Shown: positions 55,832 through 64,000 of the stretch, piece after piece
How the letters are laid out: each line of letters opens with the position of its first letter
Position numbering within the stretch: position 1 is the stretch's first letter
Origin: Gammaproteobacteria bacterium
Lineage (GTDB): Bacteria; Pseudomonadota; Gammaproteobacteria; Steroidobacterales; Woeseiaceae
Assembly: GCA_029865385.1 (NCBI GenBank)
Contig: JAOUGX010000004.1
Span: forward strand, 110 to 64,109
Length of the DNA stretch: 64,000 nucleotides
Direction of reading: 5' to 3'
The notes under the pieces: model-generated
The model's database searches: none
What the model was told of the DNA's origin: nothing
Seen by the model: only the letters and a program-made list of their open reading frames with translations
Translations under genes and position numbers: made by a program

Positions 55832-56791
55832 TCAGTCAAGAAGTGACTCGCCCTTGATTCCTTGGCTTTCCATCATGAGCTTCAGGCTGCTCAATGCATC
55901 GATCTGGATCTGTCGTACCCGTTCGCGGGTCACGCCGATCTCCCGTCCGATTTGTTCCAGCGTGCACCGCCTGTGCCCGTGCAGGCCGAAACGCCGCTCG
56001 ACGACCTCGCGCTGTTTGTCACTGAGTTCCAGTACCCAGTGGTCCACGATGTCATGAACTTTCTGCCGCTGCAGGCATGCCGGTGGCTCCTTTGATGCCG
56101 CTGCCGGCAGGGAATCCAGCAGGGTCTGGTCATCGTCGCTCGAAAACGCCGCCGAAGATCCGATGCTGACCCGATTGTGCAGGCTCAGCAGACGCTCGAC
56201 CTCGCCGGTCTCGCGGCCCATGAATTCGGCGATTTCGGACGGCGACGGCGAGGTACCTCCGCGTTGCCGAAGGGAATGCGCTGCTCTCAGGCAGGCGTTG
56301 ATGTCTTTGATGATATGAATCGGCAGCCGCACAGTGCGGGACTGATTCATTATCGCCCGTTCGATTGTCTGACGAATCCACCAGGTAGCATAGGTCGAGA
56401 AACGAAAACCGCGCTCGGGATCGAATTTTCGCACCGCGTGCATCAAACCGAGATTGCCCTCCTCGATCAGGTCGAGCAGGGGCAATCCGCGATACAGATA
56501 ACGCTTGGCGATTTTCGCGACGAGGCGCAGGTTGCATTCGATCATGCGATGCCAGGCAGATTCGTCGCCGTCGCGGAGTCGCCTCGCATATTTCTTTTCT
56601 TCTGCTGCGGTAAGCAGGCCGGACACGCCGATTTCGTTCAGATAGAGACGGGTCGCATCCGGCGCGCGCGGGACATTCTCCATCGATCCGTATCCGGCCT
56701 CGGACAAAGGCACGGCATCGCCCGATTCCGGATCGCCATCGACTCCGGACGCGCGTTGCCTGGAAACGTGTATGCGCCGCACTCCTGCCAC
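55832..56791 (-). CDS. rpoS: RNA polymerase sigma factor RpoS
   Basis: DATRLYLNEIG region 1.2, sigma-70 regions 2-4, position downstream of nlpD. GTG 56791 preferred over ATG 56683 because an acidic N-terminal region is expected. Confidence 0.9.
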   Translation of the reverse strand: MAGVRRIHVSRQRASGVDGDPESGDAVPLSEAGYGSMENVPRAPDATRLYLNEIGVSGLLTAAEEKKYARRLRDGDESAWHRMIECNLRLVAKIAKRYLYRGLPLLDLIEEGNLGLMHAVRKFDPERGFRFSTYATWWIRQTIERAIMNQSRTVRLPIHIIKDINACLRAAHSLRQRGGTSPSPSEIAEFMGRETGEVERLLSLHNRVSIGSSAAFSSDDDQTLLDSLPAAASKEPPACLQRQKVHDIVDHWVLELSDKQREVVERRFGLHGHRRCTLEQIGREIGVTRERVRQIQIDALSSLKLMMESQGIKGESLLD

Positions 56792-56869
56792 GGTAGAACC
56801 CCCTGCGCGGGTTTCGAACCGTGTCCGTATATGCGGAAATCAGTCCAGAGCAATCTTCAGGGAAGTCGC

Positions 56870-57580
56870 TTATCTCGCTGGCAAGAATTGTCGCGGGTTA
56901 ACCGGCTTACCGTTTTGCCTGATTTCGAAATGCAGGCGCGGTTCGCGTCCCGGCCCCTCACCCATGGTCGCTATCCGCTGACCCTTTTCGATGGTCTCGC
57001 CCTCCCTGACCAGGAGCGACGCGTTGTGCCCGTAGGCACTAAGGTAGGTGTCGTTGTGTTTGAGGATAATAAGCTTTCCGTAGCCGATGAGTCCATCGCC
57101 GGCGTAAACCACCCGGCCGGCAGCTGCGGCCTGCACGGGCTGGCCATAGCGTCCACCGATCAGCAATCCGGTGCCCGTACCGGGGCGGTCGCCGAATTCC
57201 ACTGCCACTCTGCCGCCGGCAGGCCATATCCACTGCGGCGACGGCTGGGTCGGAATCGGCGGCAACTCTCGCCCGGACGGCGTTTGCGGCGAGCTGCGGC
57301 GTGCAGCAGCCGGGTTGGACGCTGCCATGCCCGGGGGCGGGGTCAGCCGAATCACCTGGCCGGGATAGATTCGGGACGGATCGTCGAGGCGATTCCAACG
57401 CGCCAGTTCGCCCGCATCCTTGCTATAACGCCACGCGATCGCGAACAGGGTCTCGCCGCTACGCACGACATGTTCGTCCTGCGGGGTGTGATCCCAGCGC
57501 GTCTTCGGCCCGCAGGCCACGAGCAGCAGACCAATCGCGGCCACTGTCAGAAGGCGCGCGAATGGCCGGCCCGCAATCAT
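56870..57580 (-). CDS. nlpD: LysM + M23 peptidase-domain lipoprotein NlpD
   Basis: Lipobox LLLVACG, LysM (HVVRSGETLFAIAWRY), degenerate M23 C-terminus. ATG 57580 overlaps the yqaA-like stop; track start 57859 trimmed. Confidence 0.85.
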   Translation of the reverse strand: MIAGRPFARLLTVAAIGLLLVACGPKTRWDHTPQDEHVVRSGETLFAIAWRYSKDAGELARWNRLDDPSRIYPGQVIRLTPPPGMAASNPAAARRSSPQTPSGRELPPIPTQPSPQWIWPAGGRVAVEFGDRPGTGTGLLIGGRYGQPVQAAAAGRVVYAGDGLIGYGKLIILKHNDTYLSAYGHNASLLVREGETIEKGQRIATMGEGPGREPRLHFEIRQNGKPVNPRQFLPAR

Positions 57581-58161
57581 TGGCGCAGCACGAAGTAACT
57601 GCCCAGCAGCACGGCTATCACGACGACCGCCCAGCCGATGCGCTCGACATGTTGCTGCAAGCCTGCCGCCATCCGGTCGCCGCCCGCGACAATGAGGCCG
57701 GCCACGAGAAAAAACCTTGCGCCTCGTCCGATCAGCGATGCCAGCAGGAAACCCGGAATATTCAACACCGTCGCCCCGGCCGCTATCGTAAACAGCTTGT
57801 ACGGGATCGGTGAAAAGCCGGCGACGAATACCGCCCACACCCCCCAAACCGCAAACCAATCCCGAACCCGCAGGTAGGAATCGTAGGAACCGCTCGAGCG
57901 CAGCCAGGGCTCAATCATGTCGATCAGAAAATACCCGATTGCATAACCTGCTACTCCACCGAGCAAAGACATCACGGTTGTCGTTGCGGCAAAACGCCAG
58001 GCGCGATGACGTTCGGCCAGGCACATCGGTGCCAGCATGACGTCGGGCGGAATAGGAAAAAACGACGACTCTGCAAAGCTGAGAGCAGCCAGGTATCGCT
58101 CGGCCTGCGGGTGCGCGGACAGCGCGAGTACGCGCCGGTACAGCGGTTCAAACAGGCGCAT
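57577..58161 (-). CDS. YqaA/DedA-related inner-membrane protein
   Basis: LSFAESSFFPIPPDVMLAPM motif and four or five TM helices. Confidence 0.75.
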   Translation of the reverse strand: MRLFEPLYRRVLALSAHPQAERYLAALSFAESSFFPIPPDVMLAPMCLAERHRAWRFAATTTVMSLLGGVAGYAIGYFLIDMIEPWLRSSGSYDSYLRVRDWFAVWGVWAVFVAGFSPIPYKLFTIAAGATVLNIPGFLLASLIGRGARFFLVAGLIVAGGDRMAAGLQQHVERIGWAVVVIAVLLGSYFVLRQ

Positions 58162-58233
58162 GAACGTGCCCCGGTGCCCGACTTCCTATCGGATGAATTC
58201 GAGAATAGTGTTTCAACATGTTGTTTTTTCTGC

Positions 58234-58896
58234 TTAAGGGCCCTTTACCAGTGGCACGAAACTGACAGCACCGAGCGATTCCCTGTCCCAGCCGCCGTTT
58301 CTCGAGGTCACCCGCAGCAACTCCTGGCAACCGCTGGGTCCGACCGGCATGATCAGCCGTCCGTCCGGCGCCAGCTGCTCGAGCAGGCTGGCCGGAATCT
58401 CGCTGGCGGCCGCCGTGACGATGATGCCGTCATACGGCGCATATTTTCGCCAGCCCTCCCAGCCGTCGCCTTGCCGAAGACGCACGTTGTAAATATCCAG
58501 GTCGCGTAACCTCTGGCGGGCCTTCTTCAACAGCTCGGGGATTCGCTCGACCGAGTATATTTCCTTGACGAGTGGTGCCAGAACCGCCGTTTGGTAACCG
58601 CAACCGGTACCGATTTCCAGTACGCGCTTTCCCGAGAATCCGTCCAGCAGCGCCTCGGACATCTTCGCCACGATATAGGGCTGGCTGATCGTCTGACCGA
58701 GACCGATCGGAAGAGCGGTGTCTTCGTACGCGCGGCTGGCCAGCGCCTCATCGACGAAAAGGTGCCGCGGCACGTTGCGAATCTGCTCCAGCACGGCGCT
58801 GGAGCGGATCCCCTGCTCGCGCAAGCGGCCAATCAGGCGATCACGGGTGCGCGCCGAGGTCATGCCGATACCCTGGATACCGCGCTGGTTTTTCAT
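58234..58896 (-). CDS. pcm: Protein-L-isoaspartate O-methyltransferase (canonical copy)
   Basis: [40 protein letters not shown]. Position surE-pcm-nlpD-rpoS. An alternative start lies at 58863. Confidence 0.93.
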   Translation of the reverse strand: MKNQRGIQGIGMTSARTRDRLIGRLREQGIRSSAVLEQIRNVPRHLFVDEALASRAYEDTALPIGLGQTISQPYIVAKMSEALLDGFSGKRVLEIGTGCGYQTAVLAPLVKEIYSVERIPELLKKARQRLRDLDIYNVRLRQGDGWEGWRKYAPYDGIIVTAAASEIPASLLEQLAPDGRLIMPVGPSGCQELLRVTSRNGGWDRESLGAVSFVPLVKGP

Positions 58897-59639
58897 CGAT
58901 TTCCGAGCCAGCCCGCCAGGCCGTCAAGCGCTTCGTGCCGGGTGAGATCCACTTTCAAGGGTGTCACGGCGACCGCTCCGGACTCGAGCGCGGCGAAATC
59001 AGTGCCGGGACCGGCATCCTGGCCAGGCCCTGCCGGGCCTATCCAGTAGATACTGCGGCCGTGCGGGTCCTTGGTCTTGATCAGCGGCTCCGACTTGTGA
59101 CGAAAGCCGAGCCGGGTTGCGAACACGCCGGCCAGCTCGTCGTACGGAAGATCCGGGACATTGACATTCAACATGGTTTCGTCCGGCAGGTTCTCACGCT
59201 GCAGCCGGCGCACCAGGTCGCAGGCAACCCTGGCGGCCGTGTCAAAATGCGTCGCCCTGTGGCCAACGAGCGATACTGCGATGGCGGGCAAACCGAGGAA
59301 CCGCCCTTCCATCGCAGCGGCAACCGTCCCCGAATAGATGACGTCGTCGCCGAGATTGGCTCCGTGATTGATACCGGAAACGACGATATCCGGTTCGAAA
59401 TCCAGATATCCGGATAACGCCAGGTGGACGCAATCCGACGGCGTGCCGTTCACGAAATAGCGGTTCTCGGTCACACGGTGAATGCGCAACGGCGAATGCA
59501 AGGTCAGCGAATTGCTGGCGCCGCTGTGATTGCGGTCCGGCGCGACAACCACGATCTCGGCAATCTCCGACAAGGCTTCGGCGAGCACATTGATACCCCT
59601 GGCGAGGTAGCCGTCATCATTGCTTACTAGGATTTTCAC
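58893..59639 (-). CDS. surE: 5'/3'-nucleotidase SurE
   Basis: The GTG 59639 start gives [32 protein letters not shown]. Confidence 0.93.
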   Translation of the reverse strand: MKILVSNDDGYLARGINVLAEALSEIAEIVVVAPDRNHSGASNSLTLHSPLRIHRVTENRYFVNGTPSDCVHLALSGYLDFEPDIVVSGINHGANLGDDVIYSGTVAAAMEGRFLGLPAIAVSLVGHRATHFDTAARVACDLVRRLQRENLPDETMLNVNVPDLPYDELAGVFATRLGFRHKSEPLIKTKDPHGRSIYWIGPAGPGQDAGPGTDFAALESGAVAVTPLKVDLTRHEALDGLAGWLGNR

Positions 59640-59758
59640 GTATGGATTCTTTACTTCGGGACGACGGCAAAGCCGCAGGTCCTGCATCAACGAAATTGGC
59701 CACGCAGGCCGCGCTCACTATACTCAACATTCCCGCTCCACCATAGCGACAATAGCGC

Positions 59759-60322
59759 ATGACGAAAAAGCATGGCAGCGAATCACCGGAGACCAGCGAC
59801 GAAAACGGCGATTCCGGTTTGTTTCGGCGCCTGATGGCCGATGCGCGCCCGCTCAGGCACTCGCCCCGGGCCGCGGTGCCGCGGCGGGTGAAGGCACGCG
59901 CCAAATTCCGTCGGGACGATGAACGCGAAGTCCTGCGCGAAAGTCTCGAACACGATGCACACAGGTCGGAAGTCTCGAGCGGCGATGGCCTGCGTTTCCG
60001 CAGACCGGCAATCGGCCACCGCACGATGCGCAAACTCGCTAGAGGCGGTTACAGCGTGCAGGCTGAACTCGACCTGCACGGCATGACGGTTGTCGAGGCA
60101 GGCAGCGCACTCCGGGAATTCGTCAACGAATGTTGTCTGCGGGGCCTGGGCTGTGTACGCATTGTGCATGGCAAGGGCCTCGGTTCCGGAGAGCGCGGTC
60201 CGATACTGAAGCGGATGCTTGATGCAACGCTGCGGCGCTGGGACCAGGTTCTCGCGTTCGTGTCCACCCGTCAGGTCGACGGCGGGACCGGGGCTGTGTA
60301 CGTTCTCCTCAAGATCGACTAA
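59759..60322 (+). CDS. Smr/MutS2-C domain protein (SmrA-like endonuclease)
   Basis: ELDLHGMTVVEAGSALREFV...VRIVHGKGLGS (LDLHG and HGKG motifs); 187 aa. Confidence 0.82.
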   Translation: MTKKHGSESPETSDENGDSGLFRRLMADARPLRHSPRAAVPRRVKARAKFRRDDEREVLRESLEHDAHRSEVSSGDGLRFRRPAIGHRTMRKLARGGYSVQAELDLHGMTVVEAGSALREFVNECCLRGLGCVRIVHGKGLGSGERGPILKRMLDATLRRWDQVLAFVSTRQVDGGTGAVYVLLKID

Positions 60323-61362
60323 GTCGGTCCGACCCCGTTTTTTCCGTACTCGGCGATCTCGCGCAACACCGCCGTCGCAAATCCACCGCGGGTCAGGAAG
60401 AACTCGAGCCACAGCACATCACCCTGTAACGACCAGGTGAAATCCCTTACCGCGAGCCGCGTTGCACGCCGCGCCTGCTTCGTATGGCGTTCGAGGCCGG
60501 TCGCAAGATCCGGGAATTCTGCGATCACTGACTTCTCGAGACTGGCGATAGCGCCGCGACTTCCCGGCTCACCCTGGCCCCACAATGCCGCGCCCGGATG
60601 AATATCCAGCTCACCGCAGCGGCGTCGGATGGCCTCGTCCGGCTGTTCCACAGGGAAAACGCTGCCGCTGCCATCGAGGTTCACCAATTCGCCGGGCTGT
60701 ATCACGTTCCATGTTCCGTTTGTGACCCGACATTCCAGTATGCGATTGAAGATCAGTGAGCGCGCCGCGGACAGTGCGATACTGCGATCTTCCCGTTTGA
60801 GTCTGCTGCCGGAAAAGAAGGCACGCGCCATGGCGATATTTCCCGCGTCCCTGCCGAATCGTTGCTCCCCGAAGTAATTCGGCACGCCGGAATCACGGAT
60901 ACGTTGCAGAAGTTCGCCGAGTTTTTCATCGATAGCAGTGACGCCGCGCAGCGCGATGCGAAAATGGTTGCCGCTATGTGCGCCGCGGCGCAGTTTACGC
61001 TGGTTTCGCGCCGTAGCCAGTACACGCACGCCGGGAAGATCCAGCGTGGCCCAGTCGGTTCCGGCCGCACTCGGACGCCGCACGCTGAACCATTGCCTGG
61101 TCAGCGCAATGCGATCTTTCATGCCGGCGAAACTCACATCGCGAGCTGCGACACCCGCTTTTCTCGCCAGGCCGCGTGCGACCCAGCTGGTATTGGCGTT
61201 TGTTTTTTCCAGCCACAGGTAATCGTGCTCGCCGTCACCGGTGAGCTCGAAATCGAGTTTTTCCGTGACCTGGAAATCATCGGGTTGATTACGCACGAGG
61301 GCCTGTCGCAACGGCCCCCCATGTGCACGCTGCCAGTCGGGCAGCGTTGCGGACATTGTCAT
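60319..61362 (-). CDS. truD: tRNA pseudouridine(13) synthase
   Basis: 347 aa; GMKDRIALTRQW (the catalytic Asp lies in GxKD); TruD-family length. Confidence 0.9.
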   Translation of the reverse strand: MTMSATLPDWQRAHGGPLRQALVRNQPDDFQVTEKLDFELTGDGEHDYLWLEKTNANTSWVARGLARKAGVAARDVSFAGMKDRIALTRQWFSVRRPSAAGTDWATLDLPGVRVLATARNQRKLRRGAHSGNHFRIALRGVTAIDEKLGELLQRIRDSGVPNYFGEQRFGRDAGNIAMARAFFSGSRLKREDRSIALSAARSLIFNRILECRVTNGTWNVIQPGELVNLDGSGSVFPVEQPDEAIRRRCGELDIHPGAALWGQGEPGSRGAIASLEKSVIAEFPDLATGLERHTKQARRATRLAVRDFTWSLQGDVLWLEFFLTRGGFATAVLREIAEYGKNGVGPT

Positions 61363-61365
61363 GAA

Positions 61366-61662
61366 TCAATTGCCCGCAGAATGACTTGCCGGCACTACCT
61401 GGTAAAAGGTCTCGGACTTGCCGATCAGGCCCAGATCGCTGCGGGCTCTTTCTTCAGCGGCCTCACGACTGACTTTCAGATTGATGACTTCGGCCTCGAG
61501 GGCGGTATTTCGTTCGCGCAATGCCTGGTTTTGCTGGGTCTGTTCGACGACGGCAATGCGCAGGTCGCGGGTTTTGCGGTAGCCGTCGCTGGAAATCCAC
61601 AGCTGGCCCTGCAGTGCAAAGCCTGCGATAGCGAGTACAACGATGATCGAGCGTATCCCCAA
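61366..61662 (-). CDS. ftsB: Cell division protein FtsB
   Basis: 98 aa with an N-terminal TM helix and coiled coil, downstream of eno. Confidence 0.85.
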   Translation of the reverse strand: MGIRSIIVVLAIAGFALQGQLWISSDGYRKTRDLRIAVVEQTQQNQALRERNTALEAEVINLKVSREAAEERARSDLGLIGKSETFYQVVPASHSAGN

Positions 61663-61686
61663 TGTCCCTTTTCCCGCTTGTGCCGT

Positions 61687-63018
<1,332 letters not shown>

Positions 63019-63060
63019 TCACTTTGTCGAATAAGAACCCGGTGCAAACCGACTGCTGCC

Positions 63061-63906
63061 TCAGACTCCCAGGCCGAATTCCGCCTCCTGAAATCCTGCG
63101 CTTTTTACCGTGCGGTCGACAGACTGCAGAACGCGCAATAACGCCGGCATCTTGTCGAGCGGCCAGGCATTCGGGCCATCGCTCAATGCCTTGGCCGGAT
63201 CGGGGTGAGTTTCCATGAATAATCCGGCAATGCCTGCGGCCATTGCGGCGCGCGCCAGTACCGGTATGAACTCACGTTGCCCGCCGGACGCGGATCCTTT
63301 TCCGCCCGGCAACTGCACTGAGTGGGTCGCATCGAACACGACCGGGCAGCCTGTCCCGCGCATCACGGCAAGGCTTCGCATGTCGGAAACAAGGTTGTTA
63401 TAGCCGAACGAGAATCCACGCTCGCAAACCATGATCTGATCGTTTCCCGTGGAGCGCGCCTTGTCGACGACGTTCTGCATTTCCCACGGAGACAAGAACT
63501 GGCCTTTCTTGATGTTGACCGGCTTGCCCTGGCTGACGACGCTGAGGATGAAATTCGTCTGGCGACACAGGAAAGCGGGTGTCTGCAGTACATCGACGAC
63601 AGAGGCAACTTCCTGCATCGGCGTGTCTTCGTGCACGTCGGTCAACACCGGAACGCTGAGCTGCTTTTTTACTTCCTGCAGTATACGCAGGCCCTCTTCC
63701 ATACCCGGTCCGCGAAATCCGGATTTGGAGCTGCGATTCGCCTTATCGAACGACGATTTGTAGATGAATGGGATGCCGAGCTTCTCGCAGGTCTCTTTGA
63801 GGAAACCGGCCGTATCGATTGACATTGCCTCGCTTTCGACCACGCAGGTTCCCGCGATAAGAAAAAACGGCTGATCTGCGCCGACGTCATGGCCGCAGAG
63901 CTTCAT
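63061..63906 (-). CDS. kdsA: 2-dehydro-3-deoxyphosphooctonate aldolase
   Basis: [23 protein letters not shown]-like ([11 protein letters not shown]), [11 protein letters not shown]. Confidence 0.96.
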   Translation of the reverse strand: MKLCGHDVGADQPFFLIAGTCVVESEAMSIDTAGFLKETCEKLGIPFIYKSSFDKANRSSKSGFRGPGMEEGLRILQEVKKQLSVPVLTDVHEDTPMQEVASVVDVLQTPAFLCRQTNFILSVVSQGKPVNIKKGQFLSPWEMQNVVDKARSTGNDQIMVCERGFSFGYNNLVSDMRSLAVMRGTGCPVVFDATHSVQLPGGKGSASGGQREFIPVLARAAMAAGIAGLFMETHPDPAKALSDGPNAWPLDKMPALLRVLQSVDRTVKSAGFQEAEFGLGV

Positions 63907-64000
63907 GCGCGGGCCACCTTCGGTACCCGGCCGCTGTGGTAGAGCCTCGCAGCGACAACGAAGCCGGCAAACAACGGATGGCCGTCACGCGGATTCGACG
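63903..64000 (-). CDS. pyrG: CTP synthase, C-terminal fragment (gene continues beyond the window)
   Basis: The minus strand translates ...[43 protein letters not shown] matches the PyrG C-terminus. Its TGA overlaps the kdsA ATG. Confidence 0.8.
   Translation of the reverse strand, partial: SNPRDGHPLFAGFVVAARLYHSGRVPKVARA

Noticed and set aside
56177-57598. 473-aa plus-strand ORF
   Set aside because: It is antisense to rpoS and nlpD, both of which are clearly real. Its composition is Arg-rich.

Overview
This is a high-GC (about 60%) proteobacterial chromosome segment with very high coding density. I call about 65 CDS, most of them on the minus strand. From memory, the gene order looks gammaproteobacterial. 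It includes an E. coli-like rpoE-rseABC-lepA-lepB-rnc-era-recO-pdxJ-acpS block, and a Pseudomonas-like lol permeases/lolD-DUF2062-comEC-exbB/exbD-like-(msbA)-lpxK-kdsB block. It also includes mfd...MTAP-nagZ, truD-surE-pcm-nlpD-rpoS, pyrG-kdsA-eno-ftsB, prfB-lysS, recJ and sdhCDAB. I found no rRNA, tRNA, CRISPR array, transposase/IS, integrase, phage gene or recognisable defence system. Many long ORFs in the track are GC-driven antisense shadow ORFs or N-terminal over-extensions. The track also counts GTG/TTG as starts, so I trimmed starts where homology to known N-termini or ATGA/GTGA-type coupling supported it. Positions about 14.1-64 kb are ordinary core genome with some local curiosities: a succinate dehydrogenase (SDH) operon flanked by three assembly-factor genes, a degenerate GGDEF gene appended to nagZ-MTAP, the classical prfB +1 frameshift, and a sigma-E type promoter. 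The least conserved part is the left about 14 kb, beyond the synteny break after kdsB. It holds a second PIMT (protein isoaspartyl methyltransferase) paralogue fused to an erythromycin-esterase-family domain. That gene is packed with an uncharacterised 392-aa protein, two tiny ORFs (one an acidic Pro-rich peptide) and an M50-CBS protease. The same region holds PolX, a Trp-cluster lipoprotein, a beta-CASP RNase/LOG/P-type ATPase operon, an orphan 228-aa protein and a 590-bp low-GC non-coding spacer. If anything here is undescribed, the PIMT-esterase module is my best candidate. That is inference from domain content and gene packing only, and I cannot demonstrate a new system from sequence alone.
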